DNA of 64,000 nt from contig JAFSSQ010000010.1 in assembly GCA_017450965.1 (NCBI GenBank), forward strand, positions 6,424 through 70,423. Reading direction: 5' to 3'. The translations under genes were made by a program, and so were the position numbers. This stretch comes from Clostridia bacterium. Lineage in GTDB: Bacteria; Bacillota; Clostridia; Oscillospirales; CAG-272. Under the pieces are notes generated by a model. It saw only the letters and a list, made by a program, of their open reading frames with translations, did no database searches and had not been told where the DNA came from. Below are positions 27,062 through 36,565 of this stretch, piece after piece (within the stretch, counting starts at the first letter, position 1; every line of letters starts with the position of its first letter).

Positions 27062-29203
27062 TTATTTGCGGAAAAGAACAACTTTCTTTTCCTTGGCTTT
27101 CAGGGTGAGGGGGAAGGAAAGACGCTTGCCGCTCTCCGCGTCGTAGGCCTTCAGGGAGGCGGGCAGGGAGAGGAGCTCGGTATCCAGGACGGGGGAGACG
27201 GTCTCGTCGTGGTAAGCGGTGTTGTAAAGGTGCAGGATCGCGCTCCCGCCCCCGGCGGCGCGCTTCACCCCGCGGCGGACGGTCTCCGGGATCCCGGAGA
27301 GGCCGACGGTGTCGGTAAAGGTGCCGTCCCGGTAGATCTCCGGATACTTCGCCCAGAGCGCGTGCAGACGCTTGGAGGTGGGGTAAACGTAGGGGTGCTC
27401 CAGCAGGGGAGAGAAGACGGAGAAGGCGTAGCCCGCCATATTGTCTCCGATCTCGCCGCTGGCCTGCATACCGAGCATCGGGCGGTGCATTACGTAGGTA
27501 AGCGCCTCCGGACGCGCGTAAGAGGCCTTGGGGTTGCCCCATTTCCGCCACCAGTGCATGCACATGATGTCGATGTACGGATCGTAGGCGTCGCCCACGC
27601 CCTCGCAGCCGCAGATGTAATCGTCCGGACGGTATTTTTTGATCATCCGGTAGACCTTCGAGAAGAAGCGGCGATAGCCCTCGTTGAACGCGGTGGCCGG
27701 CGTTTTGTGGCCGTGGGTGCGGTCGTAGCAGAGGTAGGCGGGCATCGTCATCAGCTCGTCAAAGTAGATCCCGTCCGCGCCGAGCTTCATCACCGTTTCC
27801 ATCGCGCGCACCGCGGCGTTCGTCCAGGCGTCGGACATCGGGCACTGCGCGACGAAGTACTGGCGCGAGGTGCCGGGATACCGCTCGATCCAGACGTTGC
27901 CGTCCGGCTTCTTGATCGCGCAGTCGATGCCGATGCGGTCGGCGACCTTGCCGGGGCGGCGGAACCATTTCGACTCGCGGTCGGCGATGTGGACGTTGAC
28001 GTAGAAGATCGCCTTCATCCCCGCCTCGTGGACCTGGCGGATCGCCTCGCGGAGGCCTTCCTTGCCGCCGAGCTCCTTGACCGGCTCGTAGTCGGGATAC
28101 CAGGCGTCAAGCCCGCCGACGTGCCAGCCGATGAAGAGGACGAGGTCGGAGCCGCCTTCGTCCCTTGCGCGGACGGCGGCCTTGAGGAAGGTGTTAAAGT
28201 CCGGGGAGCCCATCCCGTCCGCGTTCAGGCAGCGGCAGGACATATCGGCGGGCGCCGTCACGGTCTTGGCCGGCGCGTCCTCGGTGTATTTGAGATGGTA
28301 ATAGGAAGGGAAGGAAACGCACTGATACACCGCCATCCCGCGGACGTTCTTTCCCGCCTGCGTCCGGCCGGGACCCTTTTCCGGGGCCGAAGCGCGGAAG
28401 CGGTTGTAAACGTCGGCGGCGAAATGCCAGTCGCCCTCGCCGGCGCCGAGGCAGATCGGAGCGAGCGTGGAGCCCTGACCGGGCGCGAGGAAAGGCCAGT
28501 GGCGGATGTAGAGCTTGCCGCTCTTTTCAAAGCCGAACTGCTTGTAGGAGTGGTCCTTGTCGTGGTGGCCGAGATAGAGGTGCTCCTTCTCGTTGTAAAC
28601 GGCGCAGCACTGCGCGGAGAAGGGAACGGGGTAGTTGGTGACGATCACGTTTTCGGTATACGTGTCGTTGTCGCCGATGGTGGAACGGAACTGGATGCGG
28701 TTCTCGGTCGTGAAGTCGCTGCCCTCGGCCGGGGAACGGAAGGCCTTTTTGAAGAGGGAGCCGTCCTGGATCGGCCAGTAGAGGGAGTCGTCCCCGCCTT
28801 CGACCCCGGAGAGGTCGGGATAGCGGAGACTGACGAGCACGCCCTTTTCGGAGCGGTTCTCCGTCCGGAGAGAGGCCTCGACGCAGCGCCCGCCTTCGGT
28901 GAAGCGGAGTTCTTCCTCGAAGACGACGAGCATGCCGTTTTCCGCAACGGTGCGGCGGATCACGAGACGGTCCTTTCCTTTCTTTTCAAAAGCGGCGGGC
29001 CGGCCCTTCACCGTGAAGGTCGCGGCGGTCTCGGCGTCGGGACGGCTGTCCCAGATGTCAGACACGCCGGAGTCAAACACAAAGCTGATCCAGCTGTCGG
29101 CGCGCCGCAGGTACTCCCGGCCGGTGGTCTTGTTCTTGAGACCGGTCAGGCACCCGTCCGAGTTCCGGAAAGACAAGCGAAGATACTGAGATTCAAAAAT
29201 CAT
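27062..29203 (-). CDS. Cytoplasmic DUF6259-like putative glycoside hydrolase (TIM barrel)
   Basis: IGW...DAWYPDY, LGGKEGLREAIRQVHEAG, YVN, QCP, DGIYFDEL, EG...D. No signal peptide. ATG 29203 with AAGGA RBS. Confidence 0.6.
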   Translation of the reverse strand: MIFESQYLRLSFRNSDGCLTGLKNKTTGREYLRRADSWISFVFDSGVSDIWDSRPDAETAATFTVKGRPAAFEKKGKDRLVIRRTVAENGMLVVFEEELRFTEGGRCVEASLRTENRSEKGVLVSLRYPDLSGVEGGDDSLYWPIQDGSLFKKAFRSPAEGSDFTTENRIQFRSTIGDNDTYTENVIVTNYPVPFSAQCCAVYNEKEHLYLGHHDKDHSYKQFGFEKSGKLYIRHWPFLAPGQGSTLAPICLGAGEGDWHFAADVYNRFRASAPEKGPGRTQAGKNVRGMAVYQCVSFPSYYHLKYTEDAPAKTVTAPADMSCRCLNADGMGSPDFNTFLKAAVRARDEGGSDLVLFIGWHVGGLDAWYPDYEPVKELGGKEGLREAIRQVHEAGMKAIFYVNVHIADRESKWFRRPGKVADRIGIDCAIKKPDGNVWIERYPGTSRQYFVAQCPMSDAWTNAAVRAMETVMKLGADGIYFDELMTMPAYLCYDRTHGHKTPATAFNEGYRRFFSKVYRMIKKYRPDDYICGCEGVGDAYDPYIDIMCMHWWRKWGNPKASYARPEALTYVMHRPMLGMQASGEIGDNMAGYAFSVFSPLLEHPYVYPTSKRLHALWAKYPEIYRDGTFTDTVGLSGIPETVRRGVKRAAGGGSAILHLYNTAYHDETVSPVLDTELLSLPASLKAYDAESGKRLSFPLTLKAKEKKVVLFRK

Positions 29204-29498
29204 AACGTTATCCTTTGATCCTTCTTTAAGATATGGTACGCTGAGTCTATTGTAGCATCGGCGAAAAAAGAGGGGAATATCATTTATTGGGCGATCGCTT
29301 GTCATTTCTTGCCGTCGGACGGGGGGAAGGGCCGCGCCCGGCTCCGGGAGCGGGGAGATCGGCCGAAAAAAGACAAAGCGATATATAAAATATAGAAATA
29401 ATAGGAAAAACCGGATTAAAGAAGATAAAAAGGGAGAGATAGAGAAAAAGGTTTTTTGTCTTTTTCTTTACAAAAATTGGCATATCAAGGAGAAAGTC

Positions 29499-29527
29499 TT
29501 GCGTTTACGCGCGAGCGGTGCTATTCT
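29499..29527 (+). promoter_or_regulatory. SigA-type promoter for the PfkB-ADH-FSA operon
   Basis: TTGCGT-N17-TATTCT with extended -10; closely resembles the promoter at 20699. Confidence 0.6.
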
Positions 29528-29561
29528 TTTGCTGAACAATCAGGCAAGGAGGCAGACCCTC

Positions 29562-30509
29562 ATGGCGACAGTTTACGGATTCGGTACGGCGGCGGTGGAT
29601 TTCCGCATCCGCACCGCGGATTTCGGCGATCTTTACAAGGACAAGCTCCTGGCGCAGACCATCGCGGAGATGGGCGGCGGCGCCGTGGCAAACTTCCTTT
29701 CCCAGGTCTCCCGTCTCGGCGGCAAGACCGCGTTTCTCGGCAAACTCGGCAGGGACGTGCCGGGGAAGAAGATCGTTTCTCTCCTGGAAGCGGAGGGGAT
29801 CGACTGCTCGCATATCCTGTATTCCGACACGCTCTGCTCTCCCTTCAACGTGGCCGCCTATTCCGGCGAGGGGATGCGCCGCCGCTGCGGCTTTCTGCTC
29901 CCGAACAGTCTTGCGTCGCTTGACGGGGAGGATATTTCCGCTCTGACGGAGGCGATCCGCCCGGAGGATCTGGTGATGGTCGAGATCGGAGAGATCCCGC
30001 CGGCCGCCGTGCTGTCCTTTATGCGGAAGGTGCGCGCGAAAGGGGCCAAACTCTTTATCGACGTGGACCTCGACCCCATCCGCCAGTGCGGCTTTACCCC
30101 AAAAGAGTTCGACGAGGTCTGCCGGCTCTCCGACGTCCTGATCCCGAACGTGGTCTCCCTCGGGGCGCTCTACCCCGATATGACGGCGCCCGCTTTGGCG
30201 GAAACGCTGTTTAAGATCTACGAAAAGCCCTGCGTGGTTTCCGCCGGACGGGACGGCGCCTTCTTCGCGGACCGGCCCGGTCCCGCGCAGAACGTCCCGG
30301 TCTACGAGGTCGAGGTGGTCGACACCGTCGGCGCGGGGGACGCGTTCCACGGCGGATTTGTTTACGGAATGCTTTCCGGCCTGCCGATCGGAGAGGCGGT
30401 GCGCTGCGGCTGCGTCTGCGGCGCGCTCAACTGCCGTACCTTCGGCGCGCGGGAAGGGATGGCGCGCAGGGAAGACCTGGACCGCGCCCTGAAAGGAGAA
30501 AACGGATGA
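29562..30509 (+). CDS. PfkB family carbohydrate kinase
   Basis: GGGAVAN, GKLGRD, PN, VDTVGAGDAFHGG, CGALNC...GAR. AGGAGG RBS. Confidence 0.9.
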   Translation: MATVYGFGTAAVDFRIRTADFGDLYKDKLLAQTIAEMGGGAVANFLSQVSRLGGKTAFLGKLGRDVPGKKIVSLLEAEGIDCSHILYSDTLCSPFNVAAYSGEGMRRRCGFLLPNSLASLDGEDISALTEAIRPEDLVMVEIGEIPPAAVLSFMRKVRAKGAKLFIDVDLDPIRQCGFTPKEFDEVCRLSDVLIPNVVSLGALYPDMTAPALAETLFKIYEKPCVVSAGRDGAFFADRPGPAQNVPVYEVEVVDTVGAGDAFHGGFVYGMLSGLPIGEAVRCGCVCGALNCRTFGAREGMARREDLDRALKGENG

Positions 30510-31717
30510 GTTCTTATTACAGCTTGCTCGAGACGGCGACCGACGCGCAAAAGCAGATCGCCGCGCTCCGGTTCCCCGGAGACGACGCCGCGGAAAAGGG
30601 GATCTTCCTCGGCTGCGGCGCCGCGCTGAAGGCCGGAGAGTTTCTGAAAAAGAGAGGAGCGTCCCGGGTGGCGGTCGTCGCCGACCGGATCCTCGAAAAG
30701 GTCGGGCTGCTCACGCCCGTCCTCGATTCTCTGAAGGAAAACGGCCTCGCGTACGACGTGTTTTCCGATATCGCGCCCGAGCCGCATACCGACGATCTGG
30801 CCGCGGCGGAGGCGTTTGCCCGCGCTCTTGCGGCGGACGCGGTGCTCGGCTTCGGCGGCGGCAGCTCGCTCGATACCGCAAAGGTCACGGCCTGCGCCCT
30901 GTCCGGCGCGGCGTCTTCTGTCGATCTGATCACCGGCAAAGCGCCGGTTTCCCGCGCCGTCCCGCTGATCCTGCTGCCCACGACCTCCGGTACGGGGAGC
31001 GAGGTCAGCCCTTACGCCGTGGCGAGCCACGAGGGCAAAAAGGTCTTTATTTCCTCGCCCGCCGCGATCGCGGACGCCGCTCTCGTCGACCCGCTGATGA
31101 CGGTCACGATGCCGCCGTCCGTTACCGCCTGCACCGGGCTTGACGCTCTCACGCACGCGGTGGAGGGCATGTGCGGCTGCCCCAACCCCTTCACGAAAGC
31201 GCTGGCCAAAGAGGCGACGGAGATCGTCTTCTCCTCTCTCCCGGCGGCGGTCGCGGAGCCGGAAAACCTCGACGCGCGTACGAAAATGTCCTACGCCTCG
31301 GTGCTCGGGATGATGGCGTACACGCAGGGAGGCGGGCTCTACGCGCACAGCGCCTCGTATATCATCACCCTGCAAAAGAACAAACCCCACGGGCTCGGCT
31401 GCGGACTGACGCTGCCGTACACGCTCGCGCTCAACCTCGCCGAGATCCGGGATCTGCTCACGGGCCTGATCCCCGCGATCAAAGCAAGCGGGCTCGCGGC
31501 GCCGGCAAGCGCCGATGAGGTGCCCGCCGCCTTCCTTGCGCTGGTGAAGAAGGTCGGCGTTCCCGCCACGCTGGCGGAGATCGGCTATACCGAAGCGGAC
31601 GTTCCCGCCTTCGGCCACGCCCTCTTTGCCGATTACTACCGCGCGAAAAATCCGAAAAAAGCCGACGAAGCCGACCTTGTCGCGCTGGCCGGCCGGATGC
31701 TGACCGGGACGATCTGA
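30506..31717 (+). CDS. Iron-containing alcohol dehydrogenase
   Basis: GGGSSLDTAK, PTTSGTGSEVS, DALTH, H...PHG metal ligands. Confidence 0.88.
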   Translation: MSSYYSLLETATDAQKQIAALRFPGDDAAEKGIFLGCGAALKAGEFLKKRGASRVAVVADRILEKVGLLTPVLDSLKENGLAYDVFSDIAPEPHTDDLAAAEAFARALAADAVLGFGGGSSLDTAKVTACALSGAASSVDLITGKAPVSRAVPLILLPTTSGTGSEVSPYAVASHEGKKVFISSPAAIADAALVDPLMTVTMPPSVTACTGLDALTHAVEGMCGCPNPFTKALAKEATEIVFSSLPAAVAEPENLDARTKMSYASVLGMMAYTQGGGLYAHSASYIITLQKNKPHGLGCGLTLPYTLALNLAEIRDLLTGLIPAIKASGLAAPASADEVPAAFLALVKKVGVPATLAEIGYTEADVPAFGHALFADYYRAKNPKKADEADLVALAGRMLTGTI

Positions 31718-31772
31718 TCCCGCTGAAACCGCTCTCAAAAAAATTGATATATTTTTCAGGAGGAAACAAGTT

Positions 31773-32486
31773 ATGGAAATTTACGGTGCCGGTTCTCTCG
31801 AGGACGTGCGGATTTGCACGGAGCTCGGCGTCACGGGGATCCTCACGAATCCCCAGGGCTTTGAGCAGTATTATCAGGGCAAGATGACGCTCCGCGAGAT
31901 CACCGAAGCTCTCCTCAAAGCGAGCGACGACGGCCGCGACATCCCGGTCTTCATCCAGGTCCACGGACGTGACGCGGAGGAGATCGCCCACCGCGTGGAG
32001 GAGCTGCACGAGCTCAACCCCCGCCGCGTCTGCGGCAAGATCATCGCGGACGAAAAGGGCTTCCGCGCGATCAAAAAACTGCACGACGAAGGCATCCGCT
32101 GCGTCGCGACCTGCCTCTTCTCGCTCTCTCAGGCGGCGGTCGCCGCGATGGTCGGCGCTTACGCGATCTGCCCGTTCGTCTCCCGCGCGACCGCGATGGA
32201 GATGGATATGTTCGGCATCATCCGCAGCATCAAAGAGTGCTACCGTGACACGCCGAACGCGCCCCGCATCCTCGCCGCCAGCATCAAGAGCACCGCGGAC
32301 GTCAACGGCGCTTACGCCGCCGGTACGGACGCCGTCGCGCTCCGCTATCCGATGCTCCAGCAGATGATGGACCACGTCCTCACCACCCGCGCGGAAGCGC
32401 TCTTCGCCAAGAACTGGGCGAACGTCAAGGGCGAGGACATGAGCTACATGAAGGAAAAGATCAAACTCGAAGGCATCGCGGAATAA
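31773..32486 (+). CDS. Fructose-6-phosphate aldolase/transaldolase family protein, atypical active site
   Basis: TNP, FIQV, Schiff-base K (VCGKII), T-x-LFS, PFVSR, LAASIK. Confidence 0.8.
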   Translation: MEIYGAGSLEDVRICTELGVTGILTNPQGFEQYYQGKMTLREITEALLKASDDGRDIPVFIQVHGRDAEEIAHRVEELHELNPRRVCGKIIADEKGFRAIKKLHDEGIRCVATCLFSLSQAAVAAMVGAYAICPFVSRATAMEMDMFGIIRSIKECYRDTPNAPRILAASIKSTADVNGAYAAGTDAVALRYPMLQQMMDHVLTTRAEALFAKNWANVKGEDMSYMKEKIKLEGIAE

Positions 32487-32500
32487 AGCGAAAAAAAGCG

Positions 32501-32536
32501 AAAAAAGGACGGGAAGCAGCGCTTCCCGTCTTTTTT
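32501..32536. terminator. Bidirectional intrinsic terminator
   Basis: gacgggaagc/gcttcccgtc stem flanked by A6 and T6. Confidence 0.85.
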
Positions 32537-32542
32537 ATTCTC

Positions 32543-33451
32543 TTATCCGATCTCAAACGCCGCCAGCAGCCGCCGGAACGTGTCCTGCCCGTCGAGACAG
32601 GTGTCGGTAAGCCAGCCCTTTTCGTTCTCCCATTCGGCGAGCCCGCGATAATAAAATGCCTTTTTGCCGTCCTCGATGAGGAAGGGAACGATCCGGTACC
32701 GCAAGCACTCCTTGAGCGCGATCAGCCGCCCGACGCGGCCGTTTCCGTCCTGGAACGGATGGATCTTTTCAAACGCCGCGTGGAAGGCGACGATATCTTC
32801 CACGGAGATTTCCGGTTTCGCGTTGTAACCGGCGAGCAGCTCTTTCATCCGCGCCGGCACGTCTTTCGGCTTCATCGTTTCCCGCCCTCCCACAACGTTG
32901 GGGCGTTTTTTGTACTCTCCCACGGCAAACCAGGCAAGCGTGGAATCTTTTGTGTCGTGTTTCAGGATAAAGTGCAGTTTTTTGATGATCGCCTCGGAGA
33001 GCGGTTCCTCGGCGCAGTCGATCACGTAATCGATGGCGCGGAAGTGATGTACCGTCTCCAGAACGTCGTCGACCGGAACGCCGTCGCCGATAGTCAGCGT
33101 GTTCGTTTCGTAGATCAGACGCGTCTGATCCTCGGTCAGACGGCTGCCTTCGATATGGTTGGAGTTGTAGGTCATACGCACCTGCAGCTCGTGATACAGA
33201 CCGCCCGAGAGTTTCGCTTCTTTTTCTTCGCGCAGGGTCTGCAGGATCGGATTGTCCGAGATTTCACGGACGAGGTCTTCCGGACGGCACACAAAGAAAG
33301 CGGCGAGCTTTTTCATCACGGCAGGGGAAAGTTTTTCGCCCTTGCCGATCTTGGCGACCGTCCGCGACGAGAGCCCGAGCAGCCGTGTCAGATCCGATCG
33401 CCCGATCCCGCGCTCCTTCAGTTTTTCTTCAAGCCCATGGTAGGAAATCAT
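32543..33451 (-). CDS. Fic family protein with N-terminal Cro/C1-type HTH
   Basis: Canonical HPFQDGNGRVGR and TYNSNHIEG; N-terminal HTH (LTRLLGLSSRTVAKI). Confidence 0.93.
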   Translation of the reverse strand: MISYHGLEEKLKERGIGRSDLTRLLGLSSRTVAKIGKGEKLSPAVMKKLAAFFVCRPEDLVREISDNPILQTLREEKEAKLSGGLYHELQVRMTYNSNHIEGSRLTEDQTRLIYETNTLTIGDGVPVDDVLETVHHFRAIDYVIDCAEEPLSEAIIKKLHFILKHDTKDSTLAWFAVGEYKKRPNVVGGRETMKPKDVPARMKELLAGYNAKPEISVEDIVAFHAAFEKIHPFQDGNGRVGRLIALKECLRYRIVPFLIEDGKKAFYYRGLAEWENEKGWLTDTCLDGQDTFRRLLAAFEIG

Positions 33452-33475
33452 AGCTATCCCCCTTCATCTTTACTT

Positions 33476-33504
33476 ATTATAGCACAAAGGACGCAAAAAG
33501 TAAA
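33476..33504 (-). promoter_or_regulatory. Promoter of the Fic gene
   Basis: TTTACT-N17-TATAAT with extended -10. Confidence 0.55.
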
Positions 33505-33580
33505 GATTTCAGGCAAAAAATCCTCTGAAAAGGAAAGATTCCCTCCGGCCGCGGCGAAACCGCGCCCGGAGGGAGGGAAG

Positions 33581-33620
33581 AAGCCCCCGGCTGCCCGATG
33601 AACGAGCCGGGGGCTTTTGC
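33581..33620 (-). terminator. Hairpin ending the RM-island operon
   Basis: aagcccccggct/agccgggggctt stem; a second hairpin lies at 33539-33579. Confidence 0.6.
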
Positions 33621-33638
33621 TTTTATACGTTATAATTA

Positions 33639-34403
33639 CTAGGCTCTTTGCGCTGAGGCATAGAAATTTGCTTTTTCCGGGCATAAGGAAGCAACCTCAA
33701 TGATTATAAGCCGCGGGGTTTTTCCGAACGGGGGCGAAATATAGGGAGAAAACCACAAAACAAAATCAGCTCCACATTGTTTTATTTTTTTTAAAAAATC
33801 AATGTCGTAACATGGATGATGGAGTGCCTTGCTGGTTTTTCCGTTTTTGTTGATGACGCGAAAATGCTCATGTTCGGATATATCGCACACTACAAAAGCA
33901 AGGTGGTCACATTCCGGATGATTCTTTTTATAATATGATATTTTGTTCTTGTGGCTATCGATCACGCGGCAAAAATTCTGATAGTATTGGTCATAATCCG
34001 GTTCCATTTTGTCTTCATACTCGAACATTATGTTAGTAACAGCTGGGAATTGGTTTGTAATACTTGATTTTATAATCTCCTTTGCTGAAAAAGCGCCTTC
34101 TCTTGCAGGGGGATTATCCGGGCTTCCGCCGGGCTTTGTCTTTTCATAATCATTGACACTCATGAATTCAAGCATCAGTTTCTTTTCGGAATTGATGTAA
34201 TCGGGCGGATTGCTTGTGTTTTCAGAGTTGTCAAGCCAACCGTTCGATTCTTTCAAAGTTTTGAAACACTTTTTTTCAAGAGGGGATCCGGTAAGATAAA
34301 CGACTTGTTTTTTTGTTGTTTTAATTAAATGTTCAAAAGCATACTTTTCTTTTTGGAAAAGATCATGAACAAATTTCCCGTTTTGAATCATTCCAAAAGC
34401 CAT
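33639..34403 (-). CDS. Hypothetical protein, possible PD-(D/E)xK-like nuclease
   Basis: AT-rich 254-aa ORF 8 bp after res; PPDY...LMLEF motif. Confidence 0.55.
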   Translation of the reverse strand: MAFGMIQNGKFVHDLFQKEKYAFEHLIKTTKKQVVYLTGSPLEKKCFKTLKESNGWLDNSENTSNPPDYINSEKKLMLEFMSVNDYEKTKPGGSPDNPPAREGAFSAKEIIKSSITNQFPAVTNIMFEYEDKMEPDYDQYYQNFCRVIDSHKNKISYYKKNHPECDHLAFVVCDISEHEHFRVINKNGKTSKALHHPCYDIDFLKKIKQCGADFVLWFSPYISPPFGKTPRLIIIEVASLCPEKANFYASAQRA

Positions 34404-34411
34404 TTTTTCAT

Positions 34412-36565
34412 TTATCCGCCTGATTTAATGATCGGAGATTTCATAAACCTCTGAAACTGTTCCAGCGTCATATTCCTTTCGTTTCCGTTTGCCAACTGTG
34501 TGATATGCCATTCATCGCCCTTATAAACTGGAAGGTAGAACATATATTCAGTAAGAAGCGATGCTTGTTTATAACACCTTTTAAGTTCCTCAACTTTGAC
34601 CTTGTAGGCGGTGGAGTCAAACGCCGTCGGCGTTGCATTAGATATGTTAACGCTCTTTACTTCAAACAAATGAATTCTATCAAAAGAATCCTTCATAATG
34701 AAATCCGGATACGACGAGTGAACGCCGCCTAAGCAGTATTCAAACTTTATTTCGGAGTTTAATAAAAAGTTTTTACCCCATAAGTATTTTTGTGCGGCAT
34801 CTATCCTTTCCGGCTCGATTTCGCCAAAAAGATCAACTTGACCGGCTTTCGGATTTCGTTTACCCGTCAACACACGTTTTCCGACGCGCTTTCCGTCAAA
34901 CCCCTCTGTATCAGACGAAACGAGTTCTTTGATAATGCTTGCCCATTCGCGTTCAGCTTCACTATCAAACGAGAACTTATCCTTGCCGTCTCTTCTTCTC
35001 CATACCCAGTCTCCGATGTTTACATAATTGCGATTATCAACATAGGAAGAGGTAACGGGGAACGATACTTCGCGCGGTGTGCCGGCGTCATCGGTTGTTA
35101 ACTCCATACTCTCCGCATAATCGCAAGAGTAACGGTTACTTTCCGCCTCGATTTTCTCCGCGTGCTCGGCAACTCTCCACCATTTTTCGATATTGTTGCC
35201 AATGTATTCATAGCAGAGATCCCTTGCAGCGTTATCCAGCTTTTGAGTTGCCTTGTATAGATCAAAAATGTTTGAATAACTGGATACGTTCGGCTGGCTC
35301 GACAAAAACTCCTCAAGATCAAATCCGGTTTTTTTCGTGAGCGGCTTCAAGCGTGTAGTATGTATTCTGATTGCGTTTGTAATATCCTCCGGCTCGTCCC
35401 ACAAACGAACGCCGATGGTTTTTCTAACGTTATCATCGATGTTTGCCCATATCCAAGCCGTCATTGCAAGTTCTTGCGCTTGCGGAGAAAGATGCTCATA
35501 ATCAAGCAACCTCGGATTCCTTCTGACTCTGCCTATAACCTGCTCGCCGAGGATGGGACTTTGTACAGATCTGACTTGATATAACATACAAGCTCTTGGA
35601 ATATCCCATCCCTCGGATATAACCATCTTGAAAATGATAACATCAATGCCACTTGTGTTTTCTTTAGCATAGTCTTTCCATTTGGAAACAGGGAGGACAC
35701 GACACTTATCGGTAGTTTCGCTTTTTATGCCGTTTTCTTTTTTTTCGTCGACAATAAGCATCCAGTTCAAGTTTCGTCTTTTGAGTTCAGGGAAAACTAA
35801 ATTGTTTAACTCATCAACCCCTTGTTCGCCATTGGATATTTGAATAATAAGGCACGGATTAATATTAAGAAGGTCAAGGTAGTTTTGCTTAATTTCTTCA
35901 AACTTGTTGATCGCGTCGCCAAGATTATCTTTTTCTTCTCCCTCAACAATATGTTTGATCAATTTTGCGTTTTCCGCATCGGTTGATTTGATCTCTACAT
36001 CGGGGTACTGTCCTTTTGTGGGATCCGGTGTTGCAGAGAAGTTCAACACTTTTGCAAAATAAGTGTGAGATAGAATATCAAGATTGTTTGTTGCGCTGTG
36101 GCACTCGTCTTTGATAAGATATACTTCCTTGTGGTTTTTCCAAGAATAGCAGCCGGTTATTTCCTGAAAAAACGCATCCATTGCTGCCCCTTGCATCAAT
36201 CTGCTTCCTTCTCTGTAAAGGTCGCGAGGAAGAACATATACATTGTAATCCGTGGGAATATACAACCGTTCTTCTCCCGAAAGTTCGGATGAAATCAGAT
36301 ACGGATTCAGATGCGGGAATGCCCCTGTTTGTTGATACTCGCAAAACTTTGAATAGTTCTGTCCTGCAAGATCGCCTTTCGATAACGAGGATACCAAAAA
36401 TACTATATCATCATTTTGTTCGAGAACACGATTCATCAAATCAGCCATCATATATGTTTTGCCGCTGCCGGTAGGAGCTTTGAACGTGATCTCGTTTTTG
36501 TCACGGAGCTGTTCAACCAGTTCCAAAACAGCGTTGAGTTGAAGATCTTTCGCTTCCTGTAACAT
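34412..36565 (-). CDS. res: Type III restriction endonuclease subunit (SF2 helicase + PD-(D/E)xK)
   Basis: APTGSGKT, DECH, SAT, EGWD, QVIGRVRR, C-terminal YPDF...FEVK. TAATG coupling to mod. Confidence 0.9.
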   Translation of the reverse strand: MLQEAKDLQLNAVLELVEQLRDKNEITFKAPTGSGKTYMMADLMNRVLEQNDDIVFLVSSLSKGDLAGQNYSKFCEYQQTGAFPHLNPYLISSELSGEERLYIPTDYNVYVLPRDLYREGSRLMQGAAMDAFFQEITGCYSWKNHKEVYLIKDECHSATNNLDILSHTYFAKVLNFSATPDPTKGQYPDVEIKSTDAENAKLIKHIVEGEEKDNLGDAINKFEEIKQNYLDLLNINPCLIIQISNGEQGVDELNNLVFPELKRRNLNWMLIVDEKKENGIKSETTDKCRVLPVSKWKDYAKENTSGIDVIIFKMVISEGWDIPRACMLYQVRSVQSPILGEQVIGRVRRNPRLLDYEHLSPQAQELAMTAWIWANIDDNVRKTIGVRLWDEPEDITNAIRIHTTRLKPLTKKTGFDLEEFLSSQPNVSSYSNIFDLYKATQKLDNAARDLCYEYIGNNIEKWWRVAEHAEKIEAESNRYSCDYAESMELTTDDAGTPREVSFPVTSSYVDNRNYVNIGDWVWRRRDGKDKFSFDSEAEREWASIIKELVSSDTEGFDGKRVGKRVLTGKRNPKAGQVDLFGEIEPERIDAAQKYLWGKNFLLNSEIKFEYCLGGVHSSYPDFIMKDSFDRIHLFEVKSVNISNATPTAFDSTAYKVKVEELKRCYKQASLLTEYMFYLPVYKGDEWHITQLANGNERNMTLEQFQRFMKSPIIKSGG

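Noticed and set aside
29365-29466. 11-bp inverted repeat (aaaaagacaaa/tttgtcttttt) around a purine-rich stretch
   Set aside because: Low complexity; plausible by chance in an A-rich divergent promoter region. No ORF or recognisable RNA structure.
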